This document shows, piece after piece, positions 26,051-39,578 of a stretch of DNA of 64,000 bases. A program made the translations under genes and the position numbers. The DNA lies in the NCBI RefSeq assembly GCF_018350175.1, contig NC_058383.1, positions 20,834,001 through 20,898,000 on the forward strand, given 5' to 3'. Position 1 is the stretch's first letter. Each line of letters begins with the position of its first letter. This DNA is from Felis catus (lineage: Eukaryota). The notes below the pieces were generated by a model that ran no database searches, was not told where the DNA came from, and saw only the letters and a program-made list of their open reading frames with translations.

Positions 26051-26699
26051 CAGTCGGAGGAGTGCTTCTGGGAAGACGGCCTAAGGTAAGAGACCTGCAA
26101 CATACTTCCTCTAAAGCCCAGATGGCTTTTGGCAAACTTGACGTAGTTAAGAACGAGTAGCAGTGGTTCACACCCAGGGAACGCTCACCGGACGCCATCC
26201 GGACCCAGTGCTCTCTTAGAATCCCCACGGAGCCTCCGAGAAGCCAAACGACACGTGCCTAGCGAGGGACCTGCAGAGTTGCGAATTCTCCCCCAAGCAA
26301 CCGTCTCCCAGCATCCCTGTTCTTCACCACCGTGCCATGCTGCCTCTCTTCAACGCAAGTGGTTACGTTGCAAAAGAAGTATTTCATTTACAGCAAGACT
26401 CCTTTGAAGGCGGAACTCTGTTACTGCACTGAAAATACGACTTGCACACATTTCTTCGGTGATTCTGTTACACAGACGGAATCTAACCCTTATGGACACA
26501 CGCTGTCGGAGTTGGGCGAGTCACGCGCCCTTCAGACAGATGTTGGTAAGCGCTGAGCCCAGCCCCAAAGAAATGTGTTGTTTATAATTTCAGCATATTT
26601 CGCCAGGATAGGTTCTCCCTTCCTCTGCCGTCCCCCCAAACTTTTTAAGAACAAGATTATATCATTTCTTAGAACAAACAAAAAAAAATTTTCTCATTT

Positions 26700-26916
26700 C
26701 TTTTTTTTTTTCCACGTTTTTATTTATTTTGGGGACAGAGAGAGACAGAGCACGAACGGGGGAGGGGCAGAGAGAGAGGGAGACACAGAATCGGAAACAG
26801 GCTCCAGGCTCCGAGCCATCAGCCCAGAGCCTGACGCGGGGCTCGAACCCCTGGACCGGGAGATCATGACCTGGCTGAAGTCGGACGCTTAACCGACTGC
26901 GCCACCCAGGCGCCCC
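26700..26916 (-). mobile_element. Young felid SINEC_Fc-type SINE
   Basis: Reverse complement; TSD attttctcatttctt. Confidence 0.95.
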
Positions 26917-27394
26917 AAGATTTTCTCATTTCTTAACAGTTCCTGGAAAGTATCTGGAAAGCGCGTCCTTCCCGCCCCGACACAGTCCTTATTGAAACAC
27001 TGTTTCTTCCTGAAGCCACATGGAACCCCAGTTTGTCTACCTAAGGCCTTGGCCATCCAGAATTAAAAAAAAAAAGTAGGCTATGGGTAGATGTTCACAT
27101 GCAAGGTCCGTATGTGTCTCATCTTAACATGAGTTAGCTGGCTGGCATCCAATGAATTTTCTGAGCCAGGAATATTCTGTAGTGGAAATATCTTAGCTGG
27201 CTGCGGTCTCCAAAATAAGGTCGGCTCTCATACTCAAGAAGGAAATCTGCTGTCACCGAAGCTCCATTTGAAATCCTCCACAAACCGAAGATTGGAAAAT
27301 CAAGCATGATTGGCATCGTCCCACACGGAGCCGAGAAGACGTGAGACCCCAAGAGGAGACGCGAACACATAACCACAGAGCAGCCCCTGCTTAC

Positions 27395-27469
27395 GTGCTC
27401 TGTCTCGCGATTACTATTATACCCGGTGTTACTGATGATGAATACTGTCAAATACTTTCGGGGGAGTAC
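27395..27469 (-). CDS. Candidate exon E of unidentified minus-strand gene (VLPRKYLTVFIISNTGYNSNRETEH)
   Basis: Acceptor ggtctctag and donor gtaagc; 75 nt; only phase 0 is open. Confidence 0.42.
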
Positions 27470-28468
27470 CTAGAGACCATACCAATAGTCCTGAAGTCAC
27501 CTTAACTACAAATCGTGTCGGCTTCCTTTAATATGAATTCCTGCTACCTTGGGTTTTCTGTTCCTTTATACCCTTTATTCAAGAATTATGCAAGGTTATA
27601 TTCTAGGTCTATGGTAATTTAGCGCTTACAGTCCAGGGTGCCTCTGGGACCAGATTACCTCCCTGCATGATATTGTTTTTCATTTCTACGCTGACAAATA
27701 TACCATTTCGACTGTCACTTAAGCAACCAGTTCAAGCTCTACTGTTATTTTAGCTCCTTATTGTCAAACAGGTGGATTTATAAATGCGTTACCTGAAGGA
27801 AACGATCCCCCAAATAGCAGAAATGGAGACTTTATTTATTTATAATTATTTGTACGATTTGTAAAAATGTTCTTGTTGCCAGAAAGCCTCTGGCTAAATA
27901 CAAATTAAAACCCTTTTGAATGTAGTAAAAACAGCAGTGCCATCGTTTTAATTACCCATTGGGGGACGCCAGGCAGCACAGATGTATTTCTCTCTTCCGT
28001 TCCTTGTTTAATGTGACGGCCTGCTGAGGGACAGGAACTTCCTGTCCTCGTGTCTGCCACACGGACTGCATCCCCGGCACCCATGCACCCCTCCTTAAGA
28101 GCATCCTGATTCAGGTGGGGAGGTGAGGGTGGTGAGGGGAGAGTGGGAAGGGACTCTCTCCCATTCGACAGGCTTCACGGCAAAGCATTCAGGAGGCCGG
28201 TCTCCCAGCACAGAAGAGACCACTCTTCCCTCTTCGCGGTCTGGACAGGGCTGTGGCTCTGTCGCCCGGCTGTTCGGGAAGTGCTTCCGTCCACTTCTGT
28301 TTTTTCTAGGTTTCCGCTCTATTCCTTGGTCCTCTTGATATTTTCCCAACTTTTCTGCTGAGATGAGCCAGCATCAATTTCTGTTGCTTGCAGTCGAGAC
28401 GCCTGTCTTCTACGGAGCATCAAAACAAAAAGGACAGCGTGGACATAAGCCGGTGGACAAAGTATGTC

Positions 28469-29180
28469 AGGGCACCTGGGTGGCTCGGTCCGTTAAGCAT
28501 CTTACTCTTGAGTCCAGCTCAGGTCATGATCTCACAGTTCGTGAGATCAAACCTCATGTCGGGCTCTGTGATGGCAGCTCAGAGCCTGCTTGGGATTCTC
28601 GGTCTCTCTCTCTCTCTCTCTTTCTGCCCCTCCCCTGCTCTCTCTCTCTGTCTCAAAATAAATAAACGTTAAAAAAGAAAGAAAGAAAGAATACGTAAAG
28701 GCCAAACCCAATCAGTCTTAGGCAAGTTATGAAACCACACTTTTGCTTAAAGATAGCAAAGCAGGACGCCTGGGTGGCTCAGTCGGTTGAGTGTCCAACT
28801 TCAGCTCAGGCCGTTTCTCACCGTCCATGAGTTTGAGCCCCGCATCAGGCGGTCTGTGCTGATAGACAGCTCCTAGAGCTTGCTAGGGATTCTGTGTCTC
28901 CCTTTCTCTCTGTCCCCCCCTGCTCGTTCTCTCTCTCAAAAGTAAGTAAACATTAAAAAAATAAAGATAGAAAAGCAGAGACACCTGGGTGGCTCAGTTG
29001 GTTAAGCGTCAGACTATGGCTCACGGTTCGTGAGTTTGAGCCCCACGTCAGGCTCTGTGCTGACGGCTCAAAGCCTCGAGCCTGCTTCGGATTCTGTGTC
29101 TCCCTCTCTCTCTGCCCCTCCCCTGCTTGCACTCTGTCGCTCAAAAATGAATAAACATTAAAAAAAAATTTTTTTTTTAA
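28469..29180 (+). mobile_element. Cluster of three Can-SINEs (28469-28690, 28763-28965, 28978-29180)
   Basis: Three heads with CT-rich regions and tails. Confidence 0.9.
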
Positions 29181-29189
29181 GCTAGCAAA

Positions 29190-29410
29190 GCATAGTCATT
29201 AAAGCAAAGTCTTGACCTCCGTGCAGATCGGATTGGGACTTCTGACCCTGCACTGACCGGCCATAAGCAGGTTACTTTAATTGCGTTACACCTTAGTTTC
29301 CTCATCTGTCAAGTGGGGTCACTCTGATGGCTACAGGAGAAAACATGTAGAAAGCACCTGTCTCTGTAGATGGCCCGCAGCACAGTGCTTAATAAATGTT
29401 GATTCTCTCC
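29190..29410 (+). mobile_element. MIR relic
   Basis: ccttagtttcctcatctgtcaagtgggg..cacagtgcttaataaatgtt. Confidence 0.65.
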
Positions 29411-29847
29411 CCTGATTTTCTTTTTCATCGTCTGTCAACCAAGAAATAATAATATCCACACTCACTCTCAGAGTTATTTTCAGGATGAAATGTGTGAGAC
29501 AATACTTTGCAATATATAAAAAGCCTACAAATATGAAACCAGAAAAAAAAACAGGCTGCCCTCTGACTCCGTCAGACACAGCACTCAACTGGCTCATAGA
29601 GCAAGGCGCAGTTTGTCCAGAAATTCCTCTGCTGAGGGACGCTTAGCGGGCAGTTGAGAATTGTCACGTTCAAACACAGGTGGGGGAAGGGAAGGTGTCC
29701 TGGGGACCAGGAGACGTATTTTAGGAAAGCGTCCTTTCTTCCAGCTAAGAATGGTGATCAACATGGTGATATATTTTAGCGAGTCAAAGAAACATAAAGA
29801 GTAATCTAATGGAAACCGACACACCCAGCACTCAAGAAACAAATCCT

Positions 29848-30078
29848 TGGGGCGCCTGGGTGGCGCAGTCGGTTAAGCGTCCGACTTCAGCCAGGTCACG
29901 ATCTCACGGTCCGGGAGTTCGAGCCCCGCGTCAGGCTCTGGGCTGATGGCTCAGAGCCTGGAGCCTGTTTCCGATTCTGTGTCTCCCTCTCTCTCTTCCC
30001 CTCCCCCGTTCGTGCTCTGTCTCTCTCTGTCCCAAAAATAAATAAACGTTGAAAAAAAATTAAAAAAAAAAAAAAGAA
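29848..30078 (+). mobile_element. Young felid SINEC_Fc-type SINE with TSD aagaaacaaatcct
   Basis: Full-length with flanking duplication. Confidence 0.95.
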
Positions 30079-30366
30079 ACAAATCCTCTCCTTCTCCCCT
30101 CCTTTCGCTACATAGGCATTCATCTCTAAACAACATGCAACTATATATGCATATGTAGAATTCGTTTTGCCAATTTCCAAGTAATCGGACAAACGGTGAT
30201 GGCATACTGCGTGTATTCTTACACAACTTGCCTTTTTCTCTCTCTCTCTCCACATTATGTTTGTGAGATACAGCCATCGTCGTTCGCAGTCTTGTTCATG
30301 CTGACTAGAATGATTTTGGAGGAGCGCGCCGTAACGATTCGATGGTGATGGACACGTTTTTTCAAT

Positions 30367-30468
30367 ATTTTATTTTTAAGTAATCTCTACACCCAACATG
30401 GGACTCGAACGCACAACCCCGGCATCAAAGACTCACATGCTCCACCAACTGAGCCAGCCTGGCGCCCC
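30367..30468 (-). mobile_element. Short older Can-SINE
   Basis: taatctctacacccaacatgggactcgaac...ggcgcccc. Confidence 0.8.
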
Positions 30469-30574
30469 TGGTGACGGACAACTGTTGGACAATTCCAACA
30501 GTCGGTCACCCATCTCGTTGGTGCCTCGATGCCAGTGTCTCTACGACAGTAGCTCTCAAAATTGACACTCTGTC

Positions 30575-30730
30575 ACCTGGAAGCCTTCTTGAAGCAAAGA
30601 TCGCTGGGCCCCTCTTCCAGAGTTTCTGATTCAGTCTGAGATGGGACGGGAGAATTTGCACTTTTAGCCAATTCCCAGATGATGATGGCTTTGCTGGTCC
30701 AGAGGCCACACTTTGAGAACCGCTGTTCTG
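30575..30730. mobile_element. MER5A-type hAT DNA transposon fragment
   Basis: ccagagtttctgattcagtctgagatggg...agaatttgcactttt...cacactttgagaaccgctg. Confidence 0.75.
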
Positions 30731-31581
30731 GGCTGTATGTAAGAGGACAAGTTGTAAGTCACAGAGCGTAAACACCTCCAGCTCTGCTACAGATTGCCAA
30801 ACTGGTTTCTAAAGCGACTGAACTGACGGTGTAGAGGAGTTCCAATTCTCCAAAATCTCATCCACCCGAGACATTTTGTGTCAAGGTCGCCCATCAGTCT
30901 TTCAAGCTTTTCATACCTTATTAGTTTCATCAGACACAGCACATGCACACACGGAAAAGTTGGTTACCAACGTGCGAATGGTTGGCCCAGTTCACCTACA
31001 GCCTCCTTACCCTGGGGACGAGGACGGTTCTGGTCCCCGTGGCCAAAACTAAGACAAGGCTTCTGGGAGAAGGATACGCTTGATGACCCTACTTCTTCAT
31101 TTCCTCGATTTTCAAATTCTGCCTCTTTTGTCCAATCGTCCTCTCTGTGTAACCAAAATGGAGCTCTTGATGGCTGAAGTCCCACCTGTCCTTCAGTGTT
31201 CCTTCAGTGTTCCTATGACATGCTAACTCAGGGCGTCTATCGCTGGGGGAGGGGCAGACGCCCACATGTGCTGAGTTACCACTCTGTGTCAGGCACTAGA
31301 TCCCACAGAAGTCCACACTGCCGGCGTCACCGCCTCTAATTTACGTGGTTAGAGTAACAACAGTAACAGTGAAGTTGTTGAGTGCCTACGGTGTATCAGG
31401 CACTACCTTAAGCTCCTTTTGTGAATCGATTCGTTGAATCCTCACTCCGATCCATGCTGGAAGTACCACCACTCTCGCCACTTACCGGACTGAGTCATTT
31501 CAAGCAGTTACATAATCTGATCCCAACCATGTCAGCATTCAATGACCTCCCGATCTGGTTGACCCCAAGATCAACATTCCC

Positions 31582-32040
31582 TTTTTTTGAGAGAGAGAGA
31601 GACACCATACGCACAAGCAGGAGAGGGGGGCTGAGAGAAGGAGGGAGGGAGAGAATCCCAAGCAGGCTCCACGCTCAGCACGGAGCCCAACACGGGGCTC
31701 GATCTCACGACTGGGAGATCATGACCTGAGCTGAAATGGAGAATCCGACTCTCAACCGACTGAGCCACCCAGGCGCCCCAACATTTCCTTCTTTTTACCA
31801 TCAGTCAGGGGGCACCCGGGTGGCTCAGTTTGTTAAGCGTCCGACTTCGGCTCAGGGCATGATCTCGCAGTTTGTGAGTTCGAGCCCCGCGTCGGGCTCT
31901 GCGCTGACCGCTCGGAGCCTGGAGCCTGCTTCGGATTCTGTGTCTCCCTCTCTCCCTCTCTCTCTCTCTCTCTCTCTGCCCCCCCCCCCACTCTCTGTCT
32001 CTCTGTCTCTCAAAAAAATGAATAAACATTAAAAAAAAAT
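31582..32040. mobile_element. Head-to-head Can-SINE pair (31582-31779 minus; 31808-32040 plus)
   Basis: Inverted SINEs about 30 bp apart. Confidence 0.92.
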
Positions 32041-32343
32041 GTTTCTTTAATGATCAGTCAGTATCTTCACATATAAAACGGAAACCCAACTTTGGGGCAG
32101 GGAGCCACCACCTCAGCCTTGTTTCTGGCAATTCAGCTGAAATTCGCCTCAAAAATCCCCAGCTACCAAGAAGAAACAAAGAGTGGATCATTTGAACGAG
32201 CTCTCTCTTTTTGTTGTTTTTTTGTTTGTTTGTTTTTTGCTTCCAGAGGAACCTAGCTAGGTTCAGCGGACCAAAACTCCAACTGGAAAGCTGTTAAGGA
32301 GGGCTGAAAATAAACATGAAATTTAATTTGAAAATATATTTAC

Positions 32344-32409
32344 CGACACCCCTCTGTCAATCAGATGTCCACCTGGCATACACCCGGGTCTAATAGCCGT
32401 GAACCGCAG
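32344..32409 (-). CDS. Candidate exon D of unidentified minus-strand gene (LRFTAIRPGCMPGGHLIDRGVS)
   Basis: Acceptor cctttcttcag and donor gtaaat; 66 nt, phase 0-0. Confidence 0.35.
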
Positions 32410-32996
32410 CTGAAGAAAGGCTCTCTGTCACCAGTCACAATTACTGTATCACAGACCGTTCACATTCAGAAGCCGTTGCCTCTCTCGCGTCTTTTTTTTT
32501 TTTTTTTTTTTTTTGGGGGAAGTATTGAGAGCCTCTCTGCTACAGGCTGTGCTACGAGACAAGACGAATGATCGTCAAAACACAGTCAGCAAAATTTAAA
32601 AATACAGAGAAAGGGAAGATATTAATATCCTTTCTAAGGTAATCAGTACTTTTTGTTTGACAAAGAAATTGCCCACTGTTTATGGTTTATGCAAATCATA
32701 TATGTTAATGTCAAGGCTGCAGAGGCTATAGCTTTGCACAGAAGTGTTTGTGGGAAACACATGCCAATACATTTTCAACCTCTCCCTCCCATAAACACAA
32801 CGATTTCATAAATATACAGCACCTTGTTCTTAAAAACATTTATTATAATTTTATGCAATGCAAATCACATTAGAATAAATTATTTCTTGCTAAAATGGCA
32901 AAGTCAGCAAAATTACAGGGAAAATATGAAGTCCCGCCATTGCGCGCTTTTCAATTACATCAAAATGAGCTGACACCCTCCCTGGTAGGAATTCAC

Positions 32997-33109
32997 CTGG
33001 ATGCTCCTAACCAGTGGGGGCCCCGGCTCCCCAGCCAACCGAGGGGTCCTCTTGAGCTCACGGCACCGGGTCCCGTGTTTACTGCCGGATATATGTGAGG
33101 ATGGACTTG
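32997..33109 (-). CDS. Candidate exon C of unidentified minus-strand gene (SPSSHISG...PPLVRSIQ)
   Basis: Donor CAG/gtgaat; weak acceptor (ctatgataaag); 113 nt, phase 1-0. Confidence 0.3.
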
Positions 33110-33179
33110 CTTTATCATAGATTAATAATGAGGACCTTTCACCAAGGTAACTTTTGAAGATGTGAGCATCAACCCTGAT

Positions 33180-33362
33180 TTCTTTTTTTTTTTTCAAGTT
33201 TATTTATTTAGTTTGACAGAGAATGAGAGAGAGAGCATGAGCAGGGGAGGGGCAGAGAGACAGAGAGGCAAAGAGAGAGAATCCCAAGCAGGCTCCGCGC
33301 TCGGGGTGAGATCACGACCTGAGCCGAAACCCAGTGTCGGACGCTTAACCGACGGAGCCCCT
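33180..33362 (-). mobile_element. Can-SINE
   Basis: Reverse-complement SINE; flanking accctgatttct duplication. Confidence 0.85.
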
Positions 33363-33519
33363 GGGAAATCCACCCTGATTTCTAAATCGCAGCTGGAGCA
33401 GGAAGAGTCCCTGATGGAGGCTGTTGTTACAGACATCCATGCACAAGACCCAAGAGAAGAAGAAGACACATGTGACTGAAGAGGGTCATGGATACAAACC
33501 CCGGCCGCATCTTCATTCA

Positions 33520-34200
33520 TGGACCCGTGCATTTAGTCATTCAACAAACAGTTACCGGGCACCTACAGAATACACATCCGGACACATCAGAATACAATTC
33601 TACCAGTGGGGAGGGAGCGGTGGGCAGGCCAGAAAAGGCCCACACGCTCACAAGATTGACAGTCGAGAGGCTTGGCTAAGGAAACAGATAGGTGAACGTG
33701 GCTGGTGCAGACAGGGAGCGCGGGCCAGGCCGGGTGGAATCCCAGAGGCCACGGCATGGAGCTTGGGGTTGGTCCCAAGGCAGGAGAAACCCCCCGAGTG
33801 CTTACACAGGGCACTGACCCATTCTGAAACGTCACCGTGTGAGGAACGGATTGAAAGTCCCATACACGGGATGAGAGAAGCTAGGCGGGCTGGGCGGGGG
33901 ATGTAGCAGTGGGCCATATACATTTGAGAGCCAAAGAAAATCCAAACCACGGAACTCGCTGGTGGGCTCGAAATGGAACGTGAAGGGAGAGAGGCGATCG
34001 AGACCAACTCACGGGTCTTCTTGACGTCAGCAGGTCAAGGGACGGGGACCCCTTTTTACAGAGAGCGAAAGAAGCCGGTCTGGGAGAAATCGAGCCATCG
34101 ACTTGGCAATGCTGTGAGAGCTCGCGTGTGAAGGTCAAGTCACTGGATGTTCAGGTATGAACTCAGAGGAGTGGTCAGAGGAACCAGAGACATAAATCCG
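33520..34200 (-). mobile_element. L2 relic
   Basis: atttagtcattcaacaaacagttaccgggcacctac...ggatgttcaggtatgaactcagaggag. Confidence 0.55.
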
Positions 34201-34994
34201 GGGACTGGTGAAGAAGAGGCCATTCCTCTACCTGCGGAGGGGAGAAGGTGTTTGGCAGGGAGCGTGGCAAAACAGAAGCTATGATACGTGGGATGCGTGA
34301 CACCCCAAGGAAGGAATCTTCATTGAGGGGACAAAAATCTGTGCCAACCAAAACGACAGAAGAGCGTGAAGTGGTACCAGACAGGGTAAATGTTTATCCC
34401 TCCGCCAAGCTTTCCTTCCATGCCAAGGAGGCCCCTTCTCCACCCTTGTGCTTTCTCCGCATGAAGAGAGATGGAGTGATTTTCCGGACAGTGACACATA
34501 GGCAAAACGCCCCGTGTCTCCTAGGAAGCCAGCTGCCCACGGCATGGAAGCTTCCTCCTCTGCTCCCGGCATGCACTACCGCCTTCCCGGGCAAGTCCCC
34601 ATGAAGGCAGGCATGTCCCAATCAAGTGTTATCCGTGACGGAGTGCGTAAGTCAATCTATGTCAATGGACCCATCTGTCTCCCACTAAAGCCACATTCCC
34701 CATCTGCCCCTTAACAAGGTGCCAGGACGGGCACCGGTCAGTCCTTGGTCTTTATTCAGAGCTCAGGCAAAGGGCAGGGATGCTATTTCCTGGCCACCCA
34801 CCCAGCAGCCAAGGGGCACATTCCCTTGATTTTTTTTCACACCAGCCTGGCACCTTCATTCCTACGATCCACCTGAAAGACGAGAAACCTAATGTCCCAT
34901 GAGGTCTATCGCTTGTCCAAGTTCGCAAAGCTAACCAGTGACAACCCTTCTCTGAATCGCCATCTTCTGAATCCCCAACTTAGTTTCTTCTCCT

Positions 34995-35023
34995 AAGTTT
35001 ATTTATTTTGAGAGAGCAGGAGG

Positions 35024-35063
<40 letters not shown>

Positions 35064-35186
35064 CCCAAGCAGGCTCTGCACTGTCAGCGCAGAGCCCAAT
35101 GTGGGGCTTGATCCCACGAGCCTCGAGACCACGATCTGAGCCAACATCGAGACTCGGATGCGCCGATCGAGCCACCCGGGCGCCCC
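34995..35186 (-). mobile_element. Can-SINE
   Basis: Reverse complement with (GA)n; flanking gaatccccaa duplication. Confidence 0.9.
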
Positions 35187-36367
35187 ACGAATCCCCAATT
35201 TAGCTTAAATGCCAGCTCTGCCCACTGCTAGCTCTGAAGCCTGCAGCCAGGTTCTTCATGGGTTAAATGAGGACACTAATCTCACAGGGGTGCACCGTGG
35301 CAGTTAAGCGAGAGACGAGTCGACGTGGCACACAGTAGGCCAGATTCACTCTCGCGAGCGACTCCCACCCATCAGTTGTAAACTTTCTCAATTATCGAAT
35401 ACCCGCGAGCAATCAGAATACGCTAAATGCAGCATCTTCGGCGATCTTGATTGTAAAAACTGTGTTCATGTTTATACCAAACTGACGCCCCTCCACCTGG
35501 ATGACGTCTGCCTCTGTCCCACACACCCGTGCTGCGGATGACAGTGGCCTCTGTTCTTTGCTCACATGGGGGGCATAGGAGCTCAGAGACTACCACAGGG
35601 CGAGTCCTGCACCTGCTTGGCCAAGACAAAGCCAGTCTGCACGGCCGCGTGGCTCTCCGTGCGGCTGACACACAGAAAGACCCGGGGGGGGGGGCTCCAA
35701 AATATAGGCTACCTTGGATCCCAGTGGCTTTGGGGCTTCTCAGCGCAGCTCCCTCTTTCCGGGTGACTTTGCAATTTCTGGGGCTAGCCTCTTGAGAGGT
35801 CTGGCTCTGTTTCTTATTAAGTTCCATCCTGTATCTGTGAATCCTTATAATAAATCTCCCTCTTCCTCAGCCTCGTTTGAATGCTCTCTTGCTCTTTGCA
35901 AATAAAGGCATCACAACAGAGGCGGCTTTGGCTGAGGTTGGAGGAAATGCGAGGGATCATCCCTGCCTTGAAAGTCGCACATTCGAGAAGGCCTGAAAAG
36001 AGCAGGCACGTCTAGGTCTTATGAAGAGGTAAACCACTCGTGGAAATTCTACACCACGGACGGTATGAAAATCACCTCTGAAATCACTAATATAGTCAGC
36101 CGTTTTCCAACCACAGCCTCTGACCCCTCCAACTTGTCTCAGTCACTCCATGCCTCGCCTTTGACCTCACTGAGACAGACATGGCATTGCTTGGCCCCGA
36201 CACTGTCCCCCGACCCCTTCCTTTCTGTCTCCAGGTGCGGTCAGTCCACGGTGCTTATTTCTACCAATTCCTTGAGAGGATCCTTGCCACCTTACCTCTT
36301 TCTCATGTCACTACCCCAACGAGGACAAAGTCACAGTCCTGAATGAACCATATCCCCACCCTGTCCG

Positions 36368-36760
36368 TGTGTTATGGGTTGAACTGCATCCCCCACACCC
36401 ACACCCAAATTCGTATGCTGAAGTCCTCACCCCCAATCCTTCAGGATGTGACTGTATTTGGAGACGCGGTCTTTAGAGATGCCATTAAGGTGAGGTCACT
36501 GGGGTAAGTCCTAACCCAAGAAGACTGGGGTCCTTGTAAGAAGAGTTGTTTGGACAGACACGCACAAAGGAAAGACTGTGTGAAGACACACAGAGAAGGC
36601 GGCCTTCTACAAGCCAGTGACAGAAGCCCTCGGGGAAAACCAACCTTACACCTTGACCTTGGGTTTTCAGCCTCCAGAACTAGGAGAAAATTTACCTCTG
36701 CTATTTAAACCACGCTGCATTTGGCCCTTTGTTATGGTGGCGGCAGCCAGATGAATTCAC
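36368..36760 (+). mobile_element. MLT1A/B-type MaLR LTR
   Basis: tgttatgggttgaactg..tatgctgaagtcctcacccc..gtgactgtatttggagac..cagcctccagaact. Confidence 0.85.
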
Positions 36761-37389
36761 CACGCACACACCTGAAGAGCCCAGAGCTGCTGGGGGAAAT
36801 TACACAACCAGGCAGAACGGTTTCAGTCTAAACGTATAATCACCAGCCCTAACTGGGCCCTTGGCATCGCCTAGAAATTCCGCTACAGCTCTCAGGGCAC
36901 CCTGCTTCTTCTCCCCCTGTCCGTCATTCCCTTTTGATCTCGTCCAGTCTCCCAATGTCCCCCACTTTACTTCCCGTTCCTCTCGATGACGGTCTTGACT
37001 CCCATGTCACACTCAAACAAAAGCCACTGGGAGTGAATTCCGTCAGCCTCCCGCCCCGACACCTACAATCGTACCTGTGCGTACGTCTCCCCACTACTCC
37101 CTCCCCCCACTCACGCTCTGGTCCCCATTTCCCCAGCCCCCCCAGCCCCCGCCTTCTTAGAATCTCCTCTCCTCTGTTAGCAATTACTTCCCCTCAATCA
37201 GCTTATTTCCATCAGTGCTCCAGTCTCTTCCAAGTTATTTCAGGCTCCCTTACTAGAATACAGACCTAATTACAGCTACCTTCACAAGGGCCATTATGAG
37301 CGCGACTTACAAATGTCTAGCACATGTCTCGAACATCACAGACATATATGATCTTACTTAAATTTAAATCCCAATCAGAAAAGACTTGC

Positions 37390-38120
37390 TAATATACGTA
37401 TGTATACGGAGATAGAGACAGAGATATATCGATAGATTCCTGTATTCTGGAATATAGTATCCTAACTATACTATATATTCCTATAGAAATGTATATGTTT
37501 TTACATAAATATGCTATATATTCTAATATGTAAATACAATGTATATCTACTATACGCAGTAGCTACATCTACCTATATCTATATATCTAGATATACGTAT
37601 ATATATTATATCTATTATATGTAGATCTATCTATACCTATCTATAGTATATATATTATACATATAATATACATATACATATAATATACATATAATACATA
37701 CATATTATATATATATTATACACATATATATTATATACATATATACATAATATATATGTACATAATGTATATGTATATATACATTATATACATATATACA
37801 TATATATACATTATATACATATATACATATATACATATATATGTACATAATGTATATGTATATATGTATATATGTATATGTATATATGTATATATACATT
37901 ATGTACATATATACACATATATACATATATATTATACATATAATATACATATACATATAATATACATATAACATATACATATATATACATATAATATATA
38001 ATATACATATAACATGTGTTTATTACATATTCCTAAATATAAGAATATATGAGATATTGTGAATATATATTATTTTTATATATACTTAAAATATTATATA
38101 TATATACATATATATATCTC
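37390..38120. repeat. Long degenerate (TA)n/(TACA)n low-complexity tract
   Basis: About 730 bp almost entirely of TA/CA dinucleotides. Confidence 0.95.
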
Positions 38121-39578
38121 CCTACATATAGAAAAAGTATCTCATAGATTTTGCAGATGAGGGAGAATAGAGTTTTTTCCCCCTGTAAGTATTTAAAGTG
38201 TAAAAGTAATTATTTTCGTCTCTAAACTCTGACACTCTGATGTAGACTGTGTTTGATGAGACCCCCAGAGAATAAAACACGTTCAGTGTCACATGAAGAG
38301 GCCAGAACGAGCTGTTTAGCACAAAACGAGTAAGGCTGCTGGCACAGTGTTCAGTGATTTACATGCAGAAATTGACCCTATAAAGAAAATGCTTCCTTGG
38401 TCAAAATAGAGTACGAGTCCTTTTCTAGGTAACATACAGGGAGCATGCGGACAAGGGAGGTGAGAGGTGCTGCTCTGGGGCAGTCCCCGTTACAACTACT
38501 GTTCCAGGAGGGAACCATCAGTCCCCACGCCCAGGTATCGTCACCACGGAAATAACCTTGGAGCCCCGAGCCATCATCATCACGAAAGCCAAGGGGACCA
38601 GCCCATACAAATGTCACCACGGATGCCCTCCGCCCCCACCTACTCTCCACTGGATGAGGACAGTGTGCCCTCTACCACCCATCAGTACTGCTGTGACATG
38701 GTCAGCCTAACCACTCTTTGCCTCTGAGTCCAGTGTGCCCTGAAGCCCAAGGAGGGGGAGGAGCCCCTGGTGTTTGCTGAGCAGCCATCGGTGAAGCCAC
38801 ACTTAATGGCCAATCGTGTGGCTGTGTGTTCAGGGACCCGGTGGGTCACCACTGCAGGCACACGTTCTGCACGGGGTATTCTTTGAAGTCAGAGAGACGT
38901 CTTGGTAGGACATCAGGCTGATGTTGGTGAGGCAGAACATCACGATGACCAAGCAGATTGAGGAGCTCTCCATTCACCGTAGACATGTCAACCAGGGTAT
39001 GGAAGGTAGGCCCACGTAAACACCTCTTCACCTTCAAGCTCAGTGTCTGCAAGGACCACAAAAGCAGCTATGGTCCATGCTCTCTCCCAACAGCATCAGA
39101 TGCCCACCTCTCTCCCTAAGATGCAGTTTGAGGTCTATCTCCAGATAAACAGGCTCACCGAGCATCTCCACTCCAAGGATGGGTGCAGATTCATGAGGAA
39201 CCTGGATATCTACAAGAGGCACTTGGACACATGCCTGGAGACATGCTGCTTTGAGGCCCTAAGGATCTTCCTGAGGTCCTGATGGGAATTCTGCAACGGA
39301 GAAGTCATTTCCACGAGATGAACATGGCACAGGCCGAGGAGCAGATCACCTTCCGGGGCTCTATGCCAGCAAGCTCTTCCAAGATGGGCTCTCAGAGAAG
39401 ACAAGCCACCTGCAGAACTTCAGCTCCAAGTCTGTCATTCTAGACAAGATCCCAAACAAGTTCAGCAAGGACCTCACAAAAAGCGTGGTGGGACGTGTTC
39501 AAGATGAAGGATGAACTATCTCACATCCACACCTATCTACACAGGGTGATCCTAGGATCCTAAGACCCCGGCAATCTT

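Noticed and set aside
28095..28420. Minus-strand exon-like segment with a good acceptor
   Set aside because: Sequence resembles an old LTR end (tgcaagcaacagaaa..ctggct) and has stops near the acceptor
12461..33109. Protein kinase interpretation of the host exons (CMPGGHL, IARQST, QVANGCRL)
   Set aside because: No HRD, DFG or APE motifs, and the fragments need different frames; unsupported
37705..38008. Y/I/M-rich ORFs
   Set aside because: Translation of the TA microsatellite
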